DNA of 64,000 nt from Synergistales bacterium (GTDB lineage Bacteria; Synergistota; Synergistia; Synergistales; JAFGMB01), in contig OY762654.1 in the NCBI GenBank assembly GCA_963666205.1, positions 288,001 to 352,000 on the forward strand. Direction: 5' to 3'. Made by a program: the position numbers and the translations under genes. This document shows, in pieces, positions 60,489 to 64,000 of the stretch (positions are counted from its first letter, which is position 1; each line of letters begins with the position of its first letter). The notes beneath the pieces are model-generated. The model was not told the DNA's origin, did not search any database, and saw only the letters and a list, made by a program, of their open reading frames with translations.

Positions 60489-61637
60489 CTATTCACTTTG
60501 AATATCTATCTTCACCCTTACAGGACCTTCAGTAAAGACTTCTTCACGGGTAAATATTTTAACAATAACAGGGTCTTTTGCCCCTGAAAGCATTTCTACT
60601 GCGTCAAAGAAATCGCTCGCATCAAGGATCCCGACAGTGCCATTAACAGGATCAGGCAATACACCATCGTTTACTGCTTTACTGTTAACTTTTCTTAACA
60701 GGGCATGTAGAAAGGCCTCAGCATCTGATTCGTTGGGGGGTGAATCAATTATCTCAGACCATAAAAGAGCATCTTTATCATATATCGGGAGACTTTCTCT
60801 TACTTCTATCTTCACATTTACAGGTTCCCCTGCAAGAATATTTGATCCAGCAAGGAGTCTTACGAACTTTCTTGTTCTGGAATTCATTGTTTCTTTCAAG
60901 GCTGAATCCATTTGTTCCGGATCTAGAACAATTGTAATGTTTTCGGGATCTATACCAAGTCGAACTGCAACTATGAACTCTGCTCTCTGCACAAGACGAT
61001 CGATAATGCTTTGAATCACATCCCCTGCAGTTTCCGGGACAACAGAATGTTGAGCTAGAAGTTCATCTGCAAATACAATAATCCTTCCTCCTCTAACTTC
61101 AGTAAGCCCCTTCTTGAGTTGTTCTGCTTCTAGATGAAGACTGCTTATGGTTGTTTCAAGCTGTTGTTTTTCTGTCTTCAGATCTCCAAGTTCAGTTTCA
61201 GTCAGTTGTAACTGTGAGATATTCTTTGTAAGAAGCTCTCCAACAGATCGTAGTTTTTCCTCCTGTGTTTCCAGTTTAGCCTGTGTATCAATAAGACTCA
61301 TATAAGTCAGTTCAGCCTCATCTCTACTATCCTGAAGGTCTGAAGTCAATTGTGTAATCTGACGCTGAAGAAATTTCATGCTGAAGAGGATGGTTCGTAC
61401 CGTATCTGAGGTGACAGCAAGAGAGCCAAGTACAACAAGGGCAATGGTAATTCCAGTAATTGCAGTAATTACTGAACCCGTATGCCGAGGTCTTAATCCA
61501 AGAATCGATATCCTCTTTTTACCTATCTTTGTCCCAAGGATATCACCGAGATATGCGAAAAGACCACTCGCTATTAAGAGTCCAATTATGAAAACCCAAT
61601 TAAGATCAGAGATAAGATGAGGTTCCAAGTAAACCAC
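60489..61637 (-). CDS. DUF3084 domain protein
   Basis: AYLGDILGTKIGKKRISILGLRPRHT, two TM helices and a coiled coil. Confidence 0.85.
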   Translation of the reverse strand: MVYLEPHLISDLNWVFIIGLLIASGLFAYLGDILGTKIGKKRISILGLRPRHTGSVITAITGITIALVVLGSLAVTSDTVRTILFSMKFLQRQITQLTSDLQDSRDEAELTYMSLIDTQAKLETQEEKLRSVGELLTKNISQLQLTETELGDLKTEKQQLETTISSLHLEAEQLKKGLTEVRGGRIIVFADELLAQHSVVPETAGDVIQSIIDRLVQRAEFIVAVRLGIDPENITIVLDPEQMDSALKETMNSRTRKFVRLLAGSNILAGEPVNVKIEVRESLPIYDKDALLWSEIIDSPPNESDAEAFLHALLRKVNSKAVNDGVLPDPVNGTVGILDASDFFDAVEMLSGAKDPVIVKIFTREEVFTEGPVRVKIDIQSE

Positions 61638-61765
61638 CTCTCTGGATAGAAAACTTCAGCCAGGAAAGATCTGATGCTTGTTCCTGGATATAGAATAACC
61701 TTTTTCAGAGAAAATACATCGGTAAAAACAGCTATAGGCTAATACTTAATATCTTTTCCCTGAAA

Positions 61766-62212
61766 CTAAAGGTCTGAGAAAGGACTTGAAATAAGCATAG
61801 CAGCAATATTCTCTGCACTATAGAATTTACCCTGGTTAATTCCCGGACAAATTCGGGAATGTCTATCCCATTCTTCTTCTGATTTAAAGATAGAAGGCCA
61901 GAATGGATATAAAGAACATTGGGCAGGTCTTACCGGATATATAGTACACCTGTTGTTATCCGAATTATAAAAGATACATTCTCCATTCCTTTTTTCTGCT
62001 ATGCTTGGTCGCTTCCACTTCATGGTCATATATTTCATCTGAAAGGATTTCTCCGTTGAAATATCGAGAAATGTCATGATAGAAATAATTTCATCCCTGT
62101 TAACCCATATTGATCCAGGTTCGCCTCTACAGCATCTTCCGCAACCAAGACAGGAGAAATACACCCCATCTGACCACCAGTATTGACTCAATATACTACT
62201 CATTAGCCCCAA
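61766..62212 (-). CDS. YkgJ family cysteine-cluster (Zn/Fe-S) protein
   Basis: FSCLGCGRCC, CIF, CTIYPVRPAQCSLYPFW, CPG. Confidence 0.88.
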   Translation of the reverse strand: MGLMSSILSQYWWSDGVYFSCLGCGRCCRGEPGSIWVNRDEIISIMTFLDISTEKSFQMKYMTMKWKRPSIAEKRNGECIFYNSDNNRCTIYPVRPAQCSLYPFWPSIFKSEEEWDRHSRICPGINQGKFYSAENIAAMLISSPFSDL

Positions 62213-62281
62213 ATAACCTTCGATAGATATGGCACCACTCAGAGAAAAAACCGTTTACATCTTTTCTATTGGAAAGGGCTT

Positions 62282-63328
62282 CTACCATCTTCTACGTCTG
62301 CCTTTTCGGCTGACAGCAAGGATTCCGCTTCTACCGGAATCTTTAAGTTTTTCTATACCTGCAAGAGCCTGTCCCGTTCCTAGTGCAACACATTCAGTAG
62401 GATCTTCTGCTGTAAAACAATTGATTTGAGTTTCCCGAGAAATAAGCTCCGGTAATCCCTTTAGAAGAGCCCCTCCTCCTGTAAGAACTATACCTCGATC
62501 AATAATATCAGCAGCAAGTTCAGGTGGAGTAATTTCAAGAACATTTTTTACCCCATCTACGATTGCATGAACCATTTCGGCGATAGCTGAACGAACACTT
62601 GAACTGCTAATATCTATTTGTCTTGGCAGACCCAGGATAAGATCACGGCCTTTTAAGGTCATCTTAACTTCCTCTCCATCATCACTACAGTTCCCGATCT
62701 GAATCTTCAGTTTTTCAGCGGTTTGCTCTCCAATGGCAAGGTTATGTTGTTTGCGAAGGAAACGGATGATCGCCTCATCGAACTTGTCTCCACCAATTCT
62801 CAGTGATTTTGATACCACGATTCCCCCAAGGGAAATAACTGCGATATCTGTGGTTCCACCACCTATATCAACTACCATTTTACCTTTGGGTTCCTGTATC
62901 TCAAGGTTAGCGCCAATGGCTGCAGCCATTGGCTCCTCGATAAGGTAGGCATCCCTTGCACCAACCTCGACAGCGGCTTCGAGAACTGCCCTTCTTTCAA
63001 CATCAGTGGCACCCGATGGGACGCATATCATAACCCGGTTTTTGAAGAATTTTCTCATTCCAGTATTGATTCGCTTCATAAAATACCTGAGCATGGTTTC
63101 AGTCATCGTATAATCTGCAATAACACCATCTCTCAGAGGCCTTACTGAAACAACACTTGCCGGCGTCCTTCCCACCATATTTTTAGCTTCATCACCAACA
63201 GCCAGTATCCTGCCATTTTCAAGATCGACAGCTACAACCGAAGGTTCCCTTAAAACGATCCCTTTACCTTTTACATATATGAGGACAGTAGCCGTCCCAA
63301 GATCGATCCCTATATCAGTTCCAAACAA
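62282..63328 (-). CDS. mreB: Rod shape-determining protein MreB/Mbl
   Basis: GIDLGTA, EPSVVA, IEEPMAAAIG, VDIGGGT, LTGGGALL. Confidence 0.95.
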   Translation of the reverse strand: MFGTDIGIDLGTATVLIYVKGKGIVLREPSVVAVDLENGRILAVGDEAKNMVGRTPASVVSVRPLRDGVIADYTMTETMLRYFMKRINTGMRKFFKNRVMICVPSGATDVERRAVLEAAVEVGARDAYLIEEPMAAAIGANLEIQEPKGKMVVDIGGGTTDIAVISLGGIVVSKSLRIGGDKFDEAIIRFLRKQHNLAIGEQTAEKLKIQIGNCSDDGEEVKMTLKGRDLILGLPRQIDISSSSVRSAIAEMVHAIVDGVKNVLEITPPELAADIIDRGIVLTGGGALLKGLPELISRETQINCFTAEDPTECVALGTGQALAGIEKLKDSGRSGILAVSRKGRRRRW

Positions 63329-63442
63329 ATTAGTTTCCTCCTTTGACTACGAAACAGTAATTGTGATAAAGAAGGCTTGATTTAAAGGCTTGATGAACAA
63401 CCAGCTACAAGAATATAACTTATCTTCAGGCACCGCAAGTAA

Positions 63443-64000
63443 TCAACTTGAGAAAGTATTGTAGCCTACGCTCCATAGGAAAAGCCCACTGGGGGGGGCA
63501 GTCGCACCAGAGAAGATCCTGCTTTTTCCACTCAGTAATTCATTTATCCATTCCGTGTCATATTTCTCTATTCCAACAAGATTTATGTTGCCCATCATTA
63601 TCCGTACCATATTGGTAAGAAATGCGTTCCCCCGGATTCGGAATACGGTCAGGTTTCGATTTGAACAGACTCTTAGCCTTAAGATTTTCCTGAAGCTATT
63701 TTCAGGACATTCTGATACCCTGCAAAAAGCCCTGAAATTATGGGTTCCCTCCATTATGCTGCAAGCTTCCCGAACCTTTTCCATATTCCATTTCCGTTTA
63801 TTCCACCAGACATATTTTTCGATGTGGGGATAACAGAACTTACCATGCCAGACAAAATATCGATATTCCCTCCATAGGGCGGAACGTCTGGCATGGAAAT
63901 CCGGCGGTACCAGCCTTATTCCAGTAACTCGAACAGCCGGGGGAAGATTGGCGTTTACAGCAAGAAGAAGTCGATCCTCAGTCCAGATATCCCTTAGGGA
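63443..64000 (-). CDS. truA: tRNA pseudouridine(38-40) synthase, 5' end outside window
   Basis: Frame stays open to the window edge: NANLP, DFHARRSA..REYRY, GTHNFRAF, GNAFLTNMVR, TAPPSGLFL. Confidence 0.92.
   Translation of the reverse strand, partial: SLRDIWTEDRLLLAVNANLPPAVRVTGIRLVPPDFHARRSALWREYRYFVWHGKFCYPHIEKYVWWNKRKWNMEKVREACSIMEGTHNFRAFCRVSECPENSFRKILRLRVCSNRNLTVFRIRGNAFLTNMVRIMMGNINLVGIEKYDTEWINELLSGKSRIFSGATAPPSGLFLWSVGYNTFSS

Noticed and set aside
63372-63395. AAGGCTTGAT direct repeat upstream of mreB
   Set aside because: Only two copies of a 10-mer, too little to call an operator

Overview
A gene-dense bacterial chromosomal segment, with most genes on the minus strand. It probably comes from an anaerobic diderm such as Synergistota; this is inferred from Skp/OmpH and DUF3084 occurring alongside Firmicute-style T-box and L20 leaders, jag, a HutP-family gene and amino-acid transporters. 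Housekeeping content: trxB-prmC-prfA-thyX-rpmE, a Liv-type ABC transporter beside tRNA-Arg(CCG), mutS2-cvpA-zapA-pheTS-ktrAB-rplT-rpmI-infC, thrS with a Thr T-box, dut-pnp-rpsO, an orphan OmpR-type regulator, degP, lgt-jag-yidC-yidD-rnpA-rpmH, a DinG-family helicase, rpsT, holA-leuS, NfeD/SPFH, radA, hisDZGBHAF(IE), mreB and a partial truA. No CRISPR array, prophage, integrase or transposase was seen. Three things stand out. (1) A tightly coupled five-gene signalling module (DRTGG, RsbT-like Ser/Thr kinase, group-D-like [FeFe]-hydrogenase with altered active-site motifs, DRTGG, PHP phosphatase) with no catalytic hydrogenase next to it. (2) A ~0.9 kb hairpin-rich non-coding stretch between degP and lgt, where a perfect 20-bp hairpin buries the RBS of a 19-aa hydrophobic peptide, a layout like type I toxin-antitoxin loci. 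(3) An orphan HutP-family RNA-binding protein, and a thioredoxin reductase fused to a Cys-less thioredoxin-like domain. All calls come from motif recognition by eye; no database searches were run.
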